From contig CM059431.1 of NCBI GenBank assembly GCA_030390025.1, positions 152,212,001 through 152,276,000 on the forward strand: a stretch of 64,000 nucleotides of DNA. Reading direction: 5' to 3'. Source of the DNA: Squalus acanthias. Lineage: Eukaryota. The notes under the pieces were generated by a model, which saw nothing but the letters and a program-made list of their open reading frames with translations, searched no databases and had not been told where the DNA came from. Position 1 is the stretch's first letter; each line of letters begins with the position of its first letter. Both the position numbers and the translations under genes were made by a program. This document shows, one piece after another, positions 1 to 14,750 of this stretch.

Positions 1-272
1 CACAACATATCGCGACATAGCGGTCGAATGTGAAGGTGACGGTAAACCACATGAATATACTGATGACAGCACTATTCAAGTATATAAGCAACCTACAGAC
101 GGCAGTGTAACTGAGGAATGAATGTGGAAAGTGATATGTAAAAACGCGATACAGCAGCACATTGAAGAAGATGACCAGTAGAGCTGCTGTTGCCATGGCC
201 ACCATGTAGACCGAGATACCTTTGGAAAGACCGCATTTTCTCCGACGAGAATCACGATTGTCAGTAGGTTCG
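1..272 (-). pseudogene. GPR139-like GPCR pseudogene (copy A), 5' part of exon 2, runs off the window edge
   Basis: Colinear with 58790-59062. Same acceptor (tccctctttcttacag|CG). 1-nt deletion near 237-246 (10 nt between ccgcat and gagaatc versus 11 in the intact copy). Corrected frame reads ...MATAALLV...FTFDRYVAIC, with the TM2 Asp lost. Exon 1 is deleted. Confidence 0.85.
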
Positions 273-934
273 CTGTAAGAAAGAGGGACAAGCGGTCAGT
301 AACGGGCACACTCGGATAAATCTCAAACCAATTGTGGGGAAATGTGCAGATGGTTCACTATGCAAGTGGATTTTTAATTATATATGCGAGCGTTAACGAA
401 GAGATTTAAAAAAAAAAACATGGAACCCTCAATATAAAGCGACTGCAAATCCGCCTCTCTTCCCTGCAGACTTCAGACAGACGTCGCCAGATATTAAATA
501 TAATTTCACAACAATTACTGCAAAGATATGAATTCAAACGAAACATTCAGTTGCGAGAATATCATTCAATTTAGATTTAAACTCTGCGCTTTTTCCATGC
601 ACAATCGACCTCGGAGGGAGGGGGGGGGAAGCTTCTCGGCAACAGAGCGGGAGCTGGTGGAGACGCGAAGGTTCTTTGCAGCCGAGGGGAGTAGGGCAGC
701 TCCCTGAGCCGCAACTGTTGCTCAAAGTATCTTTCAAAATCCCCTGTTGGGTGTAGGTGGCGGCAGTTCGAGCAATTATCAACGTGAAATAAATAGGGTA
801 GAACTGTACAACTGATGTGATTACTATCCACAGGAAGAAGCACATCCTGTAGTTACTGGTACCTTGTAATCATTCGTGAATTCTTAACTCATCCATTAGA
901 TAATTAAATTTAGCTTTGTACTATGATGATAAAT

Positions 935-2270
935 GGAGGTGATCCTACTCTAACCTTACTGGTGGTGATCCGACTCTAATATTACTGGTGGTGAAACTGC
1001 ACTGTCATTACTGGTGGTGAATCTGCACTAACATTACTGGTGGTAACTGTACTCTGACAATACTGGTGATGATTATGCTCTAAAATTACTGGTGAGGACC
1101 CTACTCTAAAATTACTGGTGTTGACCCTACTCTAACATTACTGTTGAGGTCACTAATTAACGTTACTGGTGATGACTCTACTCTAACATTACTGGTGGTG
1201 CCGATGATCTAACATTACGGGTGGTGACTATACACTAACATTACTGGAGGTGGCCCTACTCTAACATTACTGATGATGACCCTACTCTAAATTTATTGGT
1301 GATGACAATACTCTGATATTACTGGTGGTGATAATACTCTAAAATTACTGATGGTTATCAAAAGCTAACATACTGGAGGTGACCATGCTGTAACATTACT
1401 AATGAAGACACTATTATAAAATTACATTAGTTAACATTACTGGTTGTGACTCTACTCCAACAATACTGGAGGTGACTCTACTTTAACATTACTGTTGAGG
1501 ACCCTATTCTAACATTAATGCTGGAGAGCATACTTTAAAATCACTGGATGTGACTCTGCTCTAACATTACTGGTGATGAGTCTAATCTAACTTAACTGGT
1601 GGAGGCAATACGCTAACCTTACTGGCAATGGTCCTACTCTAACACTACTGGTGGTGAACCGACACTAACATTACTGGTGGTGATCCTACTCTAGCATTAC
1701 TGGTGGCGAGTCTACTCTAACGTTATTGGTGCTGATTCTATGCTTACGTTAATGCTGGTGACCCTACTTTAACATTACTGTTGCTGTCCCCACTCTGACA
1801 TTTGTGATGGTGACGAGTCTACTCTAATAATACTGGTGGTGCTTCTAGTCTAACATTACTCGAGGTGACCCCGCTGCAACTTTACGAGTGGTGACTCTAC
1901 TCGAACATTACTGGTGGTGAAACTAATTTAACAATACCAGTGGTGATCATAATCTAACATTACTGGTGGTGACTCTATTCTAACATTACTGGTGGTGACT
2001 CGACTCGAACATTACTGGTGGTGACTCTACTCGAACATTACTGGTGGTGACTCTACTCTAACATTACTGGTGGTGACTCTACTCTAAAATTACTGGTGGT
2101 GACTCTACTCGAACATTACTGGTGGTGACTCTACTCTAACATTACTGGTGGTGAGTCTACTCTAACACTACCGGTGGTGACACTACTCTAACTTAACTGG
2201 TGGTGACTTTATTGTAACATTCCTTGTTATGAGCCTAATCTAAAATTACTGGAGTTGAATTTGTGCTAAC
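935..2270. repeat. 26-bp satellite, consensus GGTGGTGACTCTACTCTAACATTACT
   Basis: Tandem 26-bp period read directly; near-perfect units at about 1960-2200. Confidence 0.95.
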
Positions 2271-2282
2271 ATTTCTTTAATA

Positions 2283-4745
2283 GTCCTCCATGGGATGTGG
2301 GCGTCACTGGCGAGCCAGCATTTATTGCCCATCCCTAATTCCCCTTGAGATGGTGTTGAGACGCGTTCTTGAACCGCTGCAGCCCGTGTGGTGAAGTTAC
2401 ACCCACAGTGCTGTTATGAAGGGAGTTCCAGGATTTTGACCCAGCGATGGTGACGGAACGGCGATATATGCCAAAGTCAGAATGGTTTGTGACTTGGAGG
2501 GGACCATGGAGGTGATGGTGTTCCCATGCGCCTGTTGCATTTTCCTTCTAGGTGTTAGAGGTCGTGGGTTTGGGAGGTGCTGCCGAAGAAGCAGTGGCAA
2601 GTTGCTGCACTGCATATTGTAGTTGATACAGACTAGAGCCACGGTACGCCGCTGGTGGAGGGAATGGAGGGAGGTGTTGGATGGAGTGCCGATTAAGCAT
2701 GCTAATTTGTCTTTGATGTTGTCGAGCGTCTTAAGTGTTGTTGGAGCTGCAGTCATCTAGGCAAGTGGAGTGTATTTCATCACACTCCTGACTTGTGCCT
2801 TATAAATGGTGGAAAATCTTTGGGTAGTCAGGAGGTGATACACTCGCCGTAGAATACCCAGCCTCTGACATGCTCTTGTTGAGACAGTATTTGTTTGGCG
2901 GATCCAGTTAAGTTTCTGGTCAATGGTGACCAACAGGATATTGATGGTGGGGTATTCGGCGATGGTAATGCCGCTGAATGCCAAAGACTGGCTGTTAGAT
3001 GCTCGCTTGTTCTATATGGTCATTACCTGGCACTTGTGTGGCGCGAATGTTACCTGCCACTTATCAACCCAAACCAGAATGCCGTCCAGGTCTTGATTCA
3101 TGCGGCCATCGACTGCTTCATTGTTTGACGAGTTGTGAATGGCACTGAAATCTGTGTAGTCATCAGCGAACATCCACACTTCTAACCTTATGATGGCCGG
3201 TAGTTCATTCATGAAGCAGCCGAAGAGGATTGGGGCTAGGACACTTCCCTGAGATACTCCTGCAGTGATGTCCTGAAGACGTGATGATGGATCCCCAAAT
3301 ACAACAGCCATCTCCCTTTGTGCTTGGTATGACTCCAGCCAGTGGAGAGTTTCGCCTCACCTCCCGATTCCCATTGACTTCATTACTTGGGCTAATTGAT
3401 GACACATTTGGTGAAACGGTGCCTTGATGTTAATGGCAGTCACTCTCGCCTCTCCACTGGAATTCAGCTCATTTGTCCATGTATGGACGAACGCTGTAAT
3501 GAGGTCTGGAGCCGGGTGGTCCTGGCGGAACCCAAACTGGGCATTAGTGAACAGGTTATTGTTGAGTAAGTGCCGCTTGCTAGCACTATCGATGACCAAT
3601 TCCATCACCTTGCTGATGATTGAGAGTTTATTGATGAGTCGGTAATTTGCTGGTTTGAATTTGTCTTGCTTTTTGTGGACACGACATACCTGGGCAGTTT
3701 TCCGCATTGTCGGATAGATGCCACGGTTGTAGCTGTACTGGAACAGCTTAGCTAGAGGAGCGGCTACTTCTGGTGCACAACTCTTCAGCACGACAGCCGG
3801 GATGTTGTCGGGCCCACCGACTTTGCTGTCTGCAGTGCGCTCAGCTGTTTCCTGACATTACGTGGAATGAATCGAATTGGCAGAAGAAAGGCTTCTTTGA
3901 TGGTGCGGACCTCAGGAGGAGGCTGATATCTATCATCCACTCGACACCTCTGGCTGAAGATTGTTGCACACATATCAGCCTTGTCTTTTGCACTCACGTG
4001 CTGGGCTCCACCATCATTGAGAATGGGGATAATAATGGCTCCTACTCCTTCAGTTAGTTGCTTAATGGTCCACCACAATTCACGACTGGATGTGGCAGGA
4101 CAGCAGCTCTTTGATCTGATCCGTTGATTGTGGGATCTCTTAGACGTGTCTGCAGCATGCTTCCGCTTTTTAGCGTTTGGACCAAGGCTGCAATGTGGTC
4201 TGGAGCTGAGTGGTCCTGCCGGAACCCAAAACAGATTCAGTGAGCAGGTTATTGGCGAGTAAGTGCTGCTTGATAGCACTATAGATGACAAAATTCATCA
4301 CTTTGCTGATGATTGAGAGTTTACTGATGAGGCGGTAATTGGCTGGATTGTATATGTCCTGGTTTTTGTGGACAGGACATAACTGGGCAGTTTCCCACAT
4401 TGTCGGATAGATGCCAGTGTTATAGCTGTACTGGAATAGCTTGGCTAGAGGAGCGTCTAGTTCTGATGCACAAGTCTTCAGCACGACAGCGGGATGTTTT
4501 CGGTTTCCACAGTCTTGGATGTATCCATTGCGCTCGGCCGTTTCTTGGTATCACTTGGAATTAATCGAATTGGCTGAAGACTGGCTTCTGTGATGATGGG
4601 GACCTCAGGAGGAGGCCGATATGGATCATCCACTCGGCACTACTGGCTGAAGATGGATGCACACGCTTCAGCTTTGTCTATTGCAGTCACGTGCTTGGCT
4701 CCACCAGCATTAAGGATAGGGATATTCATGGCGCCTCCTCCTCCC
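2283..4745 (-). mobile_element. Degenerate CR1/L2-group LINE (RT region and 3' end); 4173-4745 is a second overlapping piece
   Basis: ORF fragments GVSQGSVLAPILF...MFADD, PANYRLI and QFGFR. 4173-4745 repeats the segment at about 3480-4050. Confidence 0.9.
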
Positions 4746-4769
4746 GTTATATTGCTGGTTCTGACTATA

Positions 4770-6980
4770 TGATAACATTACTGGTGGTGACCCTACTCTA
4801 ACATTTCTGGTGGTGAACCAACTCTGCCATTACTCGTAGTGTTCTTACTCTAACATTACTGGTGGAGATCATAACCTAACATCCTAAAATTTATCGTGAT
4901 GACTTTAATCTAACATTACTGGTGGTGACTCTGCTCTAACATTAGTGGTGAAGACCCTACTCCAACATTAATGGCGGTGACTCTACTCTAACATTATTGG
5001 TGGTGAAACTAATCTAACATTACTGGTGGTGACTCTACTCTGTGGCCCTACTCTAACATTACTGGTGGTGGCCCCACTCTAGCATTACTAGTGTTGACTC
5101 TACTCCAACATTACTGGTGGTGACTCTGCTCTAACATTACTGGTGGTGGCTCGACTGTAACATTACTGGTGGTGACCCTACTCTAGCATTACTAGTGGTG
5201 ACTCTAATGTAACATTACTGGTGGTGACCCTACACTAACATTACTGGTGGTGACTCTACTGTAACATTACTGGTGGTGGCCCTACTTTAGCATTACTGGT
5301 GGTGACTCTACTCTAACATTACTAGTGGTGAATCTACTCGAACATTACTGGTGGTGACTCTACTCTGTGTCTCTATTCTAACTTTACTGATGATGACCTT
5401 ACTCTAACATTATTGCTGATGACATTACTCTGATATTAATGATGGTGATCATATTCTAACATTACTTGTGGTATCCTCTAACATTACCGCTGGTGACCCT
5501 ACTGTAACATTACTGGTAGTGATCTTCAACTAACATTACTGTTGTTGACCCTACTGTAACAATACTGGTGATGCTTCTACTCTAACATTACTGAATTTGA
5601 CCCTGCTCTAACAATACTGGTGAGGACCCTGCTTAACATTATTGGTGGTGATTGTGCACTAATAATACTGGTGGTGATTCTTCTGTAACTTCACTGGTGA
5701 GGACACTACTTTAACATTACTGGTGGTGACTCTACTCTATCATTTCCGGTGGTGACCCGACTCCAACATAACTGGTGATGACCCGACGCTAACTTTAATG
5801 ATGGAGACCATAACCTAACATTACTGGTTGTGGCTCCGCTCTAACATTACTGATGATGAGTCTAGTCTAACTTAACTGGTGGAGATAATACGCTAACGCT
5901 GCTCGCGATGACCCTACTCTAACATTACTGATGGTGACCCTACACTAACATTACTGCTGGTGAACTTCCTTTAACTTTACTGGTGGAGACCGTATTCTAA
6001 CATTACTGGTTGTGAATCTGCTCTAACATTACTCATGATGAGTCTAGTCTAACTTAACTGTTGAAGACAATACGCTAACCTTGCTGGTGGTGATCCTGCT
6101 CTAGCACTATTGCTGTTGACTCTACATTAACCTTACTGGTGCCGACTCTGCCCTAACATTACTGGTGGTGACTCTGCTCTCACATTACTGATGGTGACCC
6201 TACATTGACATTACTGGTGCCGAGTCTACTCTAACATTACAGGTCTTGACTCGACTGTAACATTACTGTTGATCCTTTTACTCCTACATTACTGGTGCCC
6301 AGTCTACTCTCACATTAACGGTGCCGAGTCTACTCTAACATTACAGTTGGTAACACCACTCTAACATTACAGGTAGTGACTCTACTCTAACTTTAATGTT
6401 GCTGTCCCGAGTCTAAAATTACTGATGATGTCCCGACTCTAACATAATCGTGATGACACTACTCTGACATTAGTTGTGGTGTCGCTACTCTATAAATACC
6501 GGTGGTGCTTCTACTATAACATTAGTAGAGGTGACCCTGCTCTAACTTTACTCTGACAATACTCGAACATTACTGGTGGTGAATCTACCTTAAAATAATA
6601 GTAGTGATCATAATCTAACATTACTGGTGCTGACTCTAATCCAACATTACTGGTGTTGAATCTACTCTCACAATACTGGTGGTACTTCTCCTCTCACATT
6701 ACTGGTGAGGACCCTACTTAACATCACTGCTGGAATCTCCACTCTAACTTAACTGTTGGAGAATCTACTCTACAATAACCGGTGATGACCCTACTCAAAC
6801 ATTTCTGGTGATGACCATACTCTAACACTACTGCTTGTGAACCTACACGAACATTACTGCTGGTGATCCTACTCTCGCATTACTGCTGGTGACCCTACTT
6901 TAACTTTACTGGTGGAGACCATATTCTAACATTACTGGTTGTGAATCAGCTCCAACATTACTGGTGATGAGTCTAGTCTA
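4770..6980. repeat. 26-bp satellite
   Basis: Same monomer as 935-2270. Confidence 0.95.
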
Positions 6981-8226
6981 AACATAGAAGCATAGAAGGT
7001 AAGAGCAGGAGTAGGGCATTCGGCCCCTCGAGTCAATCCGCCATTCAATGCGATTATGGCTGATCATCCAAATTCAGTACCCTGTCCCTGTTTTCACCCC
7101 ATATCACTTGATCCCCTTAGCCTTAAGAAATATATCTAACTCCTTCTTGAATATATTTAATGAATTGGACTCAACTGTCTTCTGTGGTAGAGAATTCTAC
7201 AGGTTCACCACTCTCTGGGTGAAGAAATCCCTCCCCATCTCAGTACTAAATGGATTATCCCTTAACCTTAGACTGTGACCTCTGGTTCTAGACACCCCCA
7301 CCATCGGGAACATCCCTCCTGCATCTGCTCTGTCCAGTCCTGATAGAATTGTATAAGTTTCAATGAGATCCCCTCTCATTCATCTAAACTATAGCGAATA
7401 CAAGCCCAATCGACCCAGTCTCTATTCATACGTCATCCCTGCCATCCCAGGTATCCGTCTGGTTATTCTTCGCTGCACTCTCTCCATGGCAAAAACATCC
7501 TTCTTCAGATAAGACGACCAAAACTGCACACAATACTCAAGGAGTGGTCTCAAAAAGGCCCTGTACAACTGCAGCAAGACATCCTTGCTCCTGTACTCGA
7601 ATCCTCTCGCTATGAAGGCCAACATACCATTTGCTTTCTTCACCGCCTGCTGCACCTGCAAGCTTACCTTCAGCGACTGTTGCACAAGGACACCCAGGTA
7701 TCGTGGCACTTCTCCTTCTCCCAATCTATTGCCATTCAGATAATATTCTGCCTTTCTGTTTTTGACGCCAAAGCGGATAACTTCGCATTTATACACGTTA
7801 TATTGCATCTGCAACGCTTCTGCCCACTCACCCAACCTGTCCAAATCATCCTGGACTTTCTCAGAATCCCCCTCGGAGCATACATGCCCACCCAGCTTTG
7901 TGTCATCTGCAAACTTGGAGATATTACATTTAGTTCCCTTATCCAGATCATTATTGTATAATGTGAATAGCTGGGGTCCAAGGACCGAACCCTGCGGTAC
8001 TCCACTAGTCACTGCCTGCAACTCAGAAAAAAAACACATTAATTCCTACTTTCTGCTTTCTGTCCGCCAACCAGTTATCTATCCAAGTCAATACCTTGCC
8101 CGCAATCCCATGTGCCTTAACTTTACACGCTACTCTCTTATGCGGGACCTTATCGAAAGCCTTTTGAAAGTCCAAATACACCACATCTACTGGTTGTCCC
8201 TTATCTATTTTCCCAGTTACATCCTC
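6981..8226 (-). mobile_element. 5'-truncated CR1 LINE inserted in satellite
   Basis: ORF 7422..8039 [14 protein letters not shown]...KFADDTKLGG, plus RGDLIETY. Tail aacatagaagcatagaa at 6981. Confidence 0.92.
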
Positions 8227-8227
8227 C

Positions 8228-8600
8228 TCTACTCTACTCTACTGGTGACCCTGCTCTAACATTATTGGTGACGGGTCTATTCGAACATTACCAGTGGTGA
8301 GTCAACTCGAACATTACTGGAGGTGACTCTACTCTAACATTACTGTTGGTGACCCTGCTTTAACATTAGTGGTGAAGACCTTACTCCAACATTACTGGTG
8401 GTGACGCTACTACCCCATTACTGGTGGTGAGTCAACTTGAACATTACTGGAGGTGACTCAACTCTAACATTACTGGTGGCGACCCTACATTACCATTACT
8501 GTTGAAGACCCTAATTAACATCACTGGTGGTGATTCAACTCGAACATTACTGTTGGTGACTCTACTCAAAAAATACTGGAGTTGATTCTACTCTAACATT
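8228..8600. repeat. 26-bp satellite
   Basis: Same monomer. Confidence 0.9.
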
Positions 8601-9297
8601 GGGCCAGAAATTTGGTTTTCCGGCTTCCTGCTGGTGCAAGCATCGCACGCATACTTACCTACCGGGCCTGCAGTTGTGTTTTGGGACCACGACAACTTCG
8701 GGTTCTGGGCCTCCTCCAGCTGCCGGCGCGCAGTGCTTGCATGTCCCAGAGAAGGCAGTCAGTTCGAAGCGGGATCACGTGGGCCATGGAGAGCCAATCC
8801 TAGCAGGGCATTTTCAACAACAACTAAACTTCAAATAAATGAAAAAAAATCACATTTTTAAAATAACTATAAGTTAAATAAATTAAATACTTTAAAAAAA
8901 AATTAAATTTAAAAAAAAATTAAAATACTCTTTCACGTTGCTAAAAATAAACTTACCTTTCTTTAAAATATCTAAAAAAAATAAACCTGTTGATAAAGTT
9001 TTAAAATTGTAATTAATTAACCACTTACCTTGTAAAAACGGGTCTTGCGCCTCCTTTTTCAAAGCGCAGCTTCTTCCATACTTACCCTCCGGGTAAAAGC
9101 TGAAAAAAACCTGAAGTTCGCTGCATGCGTGCAGCCTCTCCCATGCACCTGGTTCTCCTCTGAACCCCTCCCTTCCCGAGACCGGAAGTTCCAGTTACCC
9201 GCGCATGCGCAGTGCATGAAGGAAAACGGCACTTCGAGTGGCGTTGCGGTTGAGTACACAGTGCGTACTCACCCGACAAGCGCCGAATTTATGTGCC
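8601..9297. mobile_element. Non-autonomous DNA transposon (MITE), PIF/Harbinger-like
   Basis: Imperfect TIRs GGGCCAGAAATTTGG / rc GGCACATAAATTCGG. 3-bp TSD ATT at 8598-8600 and 9298-9300. Satellite resumes in register. AT-rich core. Confidence 0.7.
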
Positions 9298-10270
9298 ATT
9301 ATTGGTGAGGACTGTACATAACATTGCTGGTGTTGCTTCTACTCTACTGTACAGGTGATGATCAACCTTCTCCAACATTACCAGTAGCGACTCTACTCTA
9401 ACCTTACTGGTAGTGCCACCGCTCTAAAATTACTGGTGGTGATTTACTCTAATATTATTGTTGGTGACTCTACTGTATCATTACTGGTGATGTCACTGAT
9501 CTAACATTATTGGTGCTGTCACTAATCTAACATTACTGGCGGTGCCTCTACTCTAACATTACTGGTGGTGATGCTATTCTTACATTACTGGTGGAGACTC
9601 TACTCTAACATTGGTAGTGTTGACCCTACTGTAACATTACTGGTGGTGTCTCTACTCTAACATTACTGGTTGTGACCCTAATCTAATATTAGTGGTGATG
9701 ATTCTACTCTAACATTACTGGTGGTGACTCTACTCTAAGATTACTGGTGGTGACTCTAATCTAATATTAATGGTGGCGACTCTACTCTAACATTACTGAT
9801 GATGACCCTACAGTTACATTATTGGTGATTATATTACTCTGATATTAATAGTGGTGATCATACTCTAACATTACTGGTGGTATACTGTAACATTACCGAA
9901 GGTGGTCCTACTCTAACAATACTGATGTTGATCAAAAACTATCATTACTGGAGGTGACACAACTCTAACAATACTGGTGTTGCTTCTAATCTAACATTAT
10001 TGGAGGTGACCCTTCTCTAACATTACTGGTTAAGACCCTACTCTTAAATTACTGGTGTTGACTCTACTCTAACTTTATTGGTGGAGACAATCCTCTAACA
10101 TTACAGGCTGTGACTCCACTCAAACATTACTGTTGATGAGTCTAGTCTAACTTAACTGGTGGAGACAATACACTAACCTTACTCTCGATGACCTTACCCC
10201 ACACTAATGGGGGTGACCCTACACTAACATTACAGTGGTGATCCTACTCTAGCATTACTAGTGGTGACTC
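9298..10270. repeat. 26-bp satellite
   Basis: Same monomer. Confidence 0.95.
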
Positions 10271-10289
10271 ATAGTTTCATAGAGTCATC

Positions 10290-11049
10290 GGGCTGTATTT
10301 TGATACTGGGGCGGGTTGGGGTCGTGTCATCCGCATTTCGTGTTTTTTCCCGCCCGCAATTGGATGTGGGAGATTGATGCAATTTTCACATCATTGGGCA
10401 ATTGAGTTCTAGCATGTGGGAACCCATGAACCAATTAGTTGTTTCAGTCTGAAAGTCGACTCTGATGATGTCATCTTTGCAGGTCAGAGACTGCCTGGTC
10501 TCAGAGATTGCCTGGCCTTTTGCTGTGAGAGGACCTGGATGCAAAATGAGCAGCATCTCATAGAGACAGAGAGAGAGAGAGATAATTTTTTTTGCAACCA
10601 AGTCTTCACAGGCAGTCTCTGAAGACATTCAATGCAGCAGCATCAGAGGCGACTTTCAGTCCTAATACTACTACTACCTTCATCACAATACTACTACTAC
10701 CTTCATCACATCTCCGTTGTAATAGTGGACCTGCAGCTGATAGTCAGCTTGTGCTCCCACCAGGTTTCACTGGCGTGTTTCACATCAGGCGTACTTCATG
10801 TTGGAAAAGTATTAAACTAGCTAACACGTTTCAAAATAGCATTACAGTGCAAATTTAGGGCTTGTTAAGGGCTTTAATGGCCTCTCCCGCCTCTTGGAGG
10901 CAGGACGGATTCGGGAACCCCGCGACCGATTTTGTCAAAATTGCGTGGAGGCGGATTGGTTTCGGGATGGTGTCGGGACCCCCAAATCTGCAACTTTAAA
11001 CCCCACAAGCCTCCAAACCCGACTCAACGTGTCATTGAAAATCCAGCCC
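10290..11049. mobile_element. MITE-like element nested in a short CR1 3'-tail fragment (10270-11145)
   Basis: TIRs GGGCTGTATTTTG / rc GGGCTGGATTTTC. Flanks join into a CR1 tail (catagagtcat...ttatacagcacaaaaagaggcccttcg). TSD is not clean. Confidence 0.65.
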
Positions 11050-11149
11050 AAAGTGTTATACAGCACAAAAAGAGGCCCTTCGATCCATCTATCTGCGCCT
11101 GCCAACAAGCCCTGTCTATTCTAATCCCATTTTCCAGCACTTGGTCTGG

Positions 11150-14100
11150 TGATTGTATTCCAACATTACTGCTGGTGACCCGTCTCTCTCAATACTGGTG
11201 GTGCTCATACGATTCCATTACTGGTGATGAATCTAGTTTACCATTTCTGTTGATTACACTGGTCTAACATTAATTGTGTTGATACTACTTCAACATTACT
11301 GGTGATGAACCTGCTCTAACATTAATGGTGGTGACCTGCTATAACATTAAATATGGTGATCCTACTCAAACATTGCTGGTAGTGACCCTGCTTTATCGTT
11401 ACTGGTGGTGACATTACTCTAAATGGTGTGTTAGTGACTCTACTCTAACAGTACTGGCGATGACTCTACCCTAATTTTACTAATTTTGACTCCAATCTAA
11501 CGTTAGTTTTGGTGTCTCTACTCTAACATTACAATTGAATACGCCAATCTAACATTACTTGTGGTGAATCTACTCTAACATTACTGGTAGTGACCTTCCT
11601 GTAACATATCTGGTGATGACCCTACTCTAACATTACTGGTGGTGACACTACTCTAACATTACTGTTGATGACACTGCTCTAATATTACTGGCCATGGCTC
11701 CACTCTAACATTTCTGGTGATGACCCTACTTTAACATTACTGATGATGACCCTACTTTATCATTACCGTTGTTGATCATAAACTGACATTTTACTTGATG
11801 ACCCTACTCTAACTTTATTTTTGGTCATTACTGTCTAACATTACTTGTGGTGTCTAAACTATATCATTACTGTTGGTGACCATACTCTATCATTACCAGT
11901 GGTGACCGTACACTAATATTATTGGTGGTTACCCTAATCTAACATTACTCATAGTCTCTCTATTGTAGCATTACTTGTCATGACGCTACACAGACATTAC
12001 TTCTGTTTACCCTACTCTAACACTAATTGTGATGACACTACTCCAGCATTACTGGTAATTACCGAGCAGTAGCATTACTGGTGGTGCTTCTACTCTTACG
12101 TTACTGGTGTCGAGTTTACTCGAACATTACTGGTGGTGAATCTACTAGAATATTAATGATGGTGAGTCTACTCGAACATTACTCGTGATGACTCTACTCT
12201 AACATCATTGGTGGTGAAACTACTCTAACATTACTGTTGGTGTCCCAACTCTAAAATTACTGATGATGTCCCCAGTCTATCATTATTGGTGATGACACTA
12301 CACTGACATTAGTTCTGGTGACCCTACTCTAACAATACTGGTGGTGCTTCTACTCTAACATTATTGTTGGTGACCGTGCTCTAACTTTAATAGTGTTGAA
12401 TGTACTCGAATATTACTGGTGGTGAACCTACTTTAACAATACTGGTGGTGATAATAATCTAATTTTGGTGGTGGTGCTTCTTCTCTCACCTTACCAGTGA
12501 GGACCCTACTCTAACATTACTGGTGATGACCCTATTTTAACATTACAGTTGGTGGCAGTACTCTTACATTACTGGGTATGACCCTACTCTTAACTTAATG
12601 GTGGTGAATCGACTTTAACAATACTGGTGGTGATCATAATCTATTGTTGCTGGTGGTGCTTCTCCTCTCACATTACTGGTGAGGACCCTACTCTAACATT
12701 ACTGGTGGTGACCCTATTTTAACATTACTGTTGGTGGCTGTACTCTAACATTACTGGTTATGACCCTACTCTTAAATTAATGGTGGTGAACCTACTCTAG
12801 AATTACTGGTTGAGACCGTACTATAACATTACTGATGATGACCCTATTCTAACATTACTGGTGATGACACTACTCTACAATTACTGGTGGTGCTTCCACT
12901 CTGACATTACTGGAGTTGACCCTGCTCTAACTTTACTAGTGGTGACTATACACGAACATTACTGGTGGTGAACCTACTTTAAGAATACTGGTGGGGATCA
13001 TAATCTAACATTTCTGTTGGTGAATCTACTCTAACTTTACTGGAATTGAATCTATTCTCACAATACTGGTGGTGCTTCTCTTCTCACATTACTGGTGACG
13101 ACCCTACTTAACATCACTGCTGTTGACCCTGCTCCAGCATTACTGATGAGGACCCTACTGCAACATTACTGGTGGTAACCCTGTTCTATCATTACTGGTG
13201 GTGACTGTACTCTAACATTACAAGTTATGAACGTACTCTTAAATTACTAGTGATGAATCTACTCTAAAATTACTGTTGGTGACCATGCTATAATATTACG
13301 GGTTGTGAGCCTACTCTAACATTAATGATGGTGATCCTACTCTAACATTACTGCCGATGACTCTACCCTAACTTTTCTGACAGTGATTCTGCTCTAACAT
13401 TACTGATGATAACTTTACTTTGACATTATGGTGTTGACTCTTCTCTACCATTACTTGTGGTGACCTTACTCTAACATTGCTGGTGGTGACCCGACTCTAA
13501 CTTTATTGGTGCCGACCGAACTCTATTATTATTGGTGTAGAGCCTACTCTAACATTACTGGTGATATCTCATCAGTAACATTACTTGAAGTGACTGTTCT
13601 CTAAAATTAATGTGGGAAACCATACCCTAAAATTACTGGTGGTGAACTTACTCGAACATTACTATTGGTGACCCTGCGCTAATATTACTGGTGGTGAACC
13701 TACTCTAACATTACTGGTGATGACGGTACTCCAACCTTACTGGTGAGGAGCCTCCTCTGACATTACTGCTGGTGACTGTATTCTACGATTACTGTTAGTG
13801 ACCAGTCTCTATCAATAATAGTGTTGAACACGCGATACCATTACTCGTGATAACTTTACTCTAACATTACATGTGATCACCCTTCTCCAACATTACCAGT
13901 TGTGATTCTACTCTACGGTGCTGACACCGTTCGATAATTACTGGTGGTGACCCCACTCTATCATTATTGATTATGATCAAGCTGTAATATTTCTAGTGGT
14001 GACCCTACTCTATCATGACTGATGGTGATCATACACTAACGTTATTGCAGTGGCTCTAAACTAATATAACTGGTGGTGAACGTACTCTATCTTTACTGGT

Positions 14101-14750
14101 GGTGGCCCGAGTCTAACATTACTGATGATGACATTAATCTAACGTTGCTGGTGGTGACCCTACTCTAGCATTATTAGTGGTGGCCTTACTCTAACATTAC
14201 TTGTGGTGACCCTACTCTAACATTACTTGTGTTGACCCTACACTAACATTACTGGTGGTGACGCTGCTCTAACATTACTTGTGGTGACACTATTCTAACT
14301 TTACTGGTGGTGACCCTACTCTAACAATACAGCTGGTGACCGTCCTCTAACATTAGTGTTGGCGACTCTACTCTAACATTACTGGTGGTGACTCCACACT
14401 AATATTACAGGTGGGGACTCTACTCTAACTTCAATGGTGGTGACTCTACTCTATCATTACTGGTGGTGATCCTCCTCTAACATTACTGGTGACGACTCTA
14501 CTCTAACGTTAATGCGGATGACACTTCAACAGCATTTCTGATACTTACCGTACTGCAACCTTACTGGTGGAGAGCTTTCTCTGGTTTTATTTCATGTGAC
14601 TCCACTGTAATGTTTTTCTGGAGATGATCCTTCTTTAACATTACTGGGTGTGCCAGTATACTAGCAATATGTGTGGAGACTGAACGCTGCATCTTCGTCT
14701 GGTGAACGCACTCTACCATTATTGATAATGACGCTGCGATAACATTACTT
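11150..14750. repeat. 26-bp satellite, increasingly degenerate toward the right end
   Basis: Same monomer. Confidence 0.95.

Noticed and set aside
935..14750. CRISPR-like appearance of the short periodic repeat
   Set aside because: Monomers are head-to-tail with no unique spacers, there are no cas genes, and the context is vertebrate.
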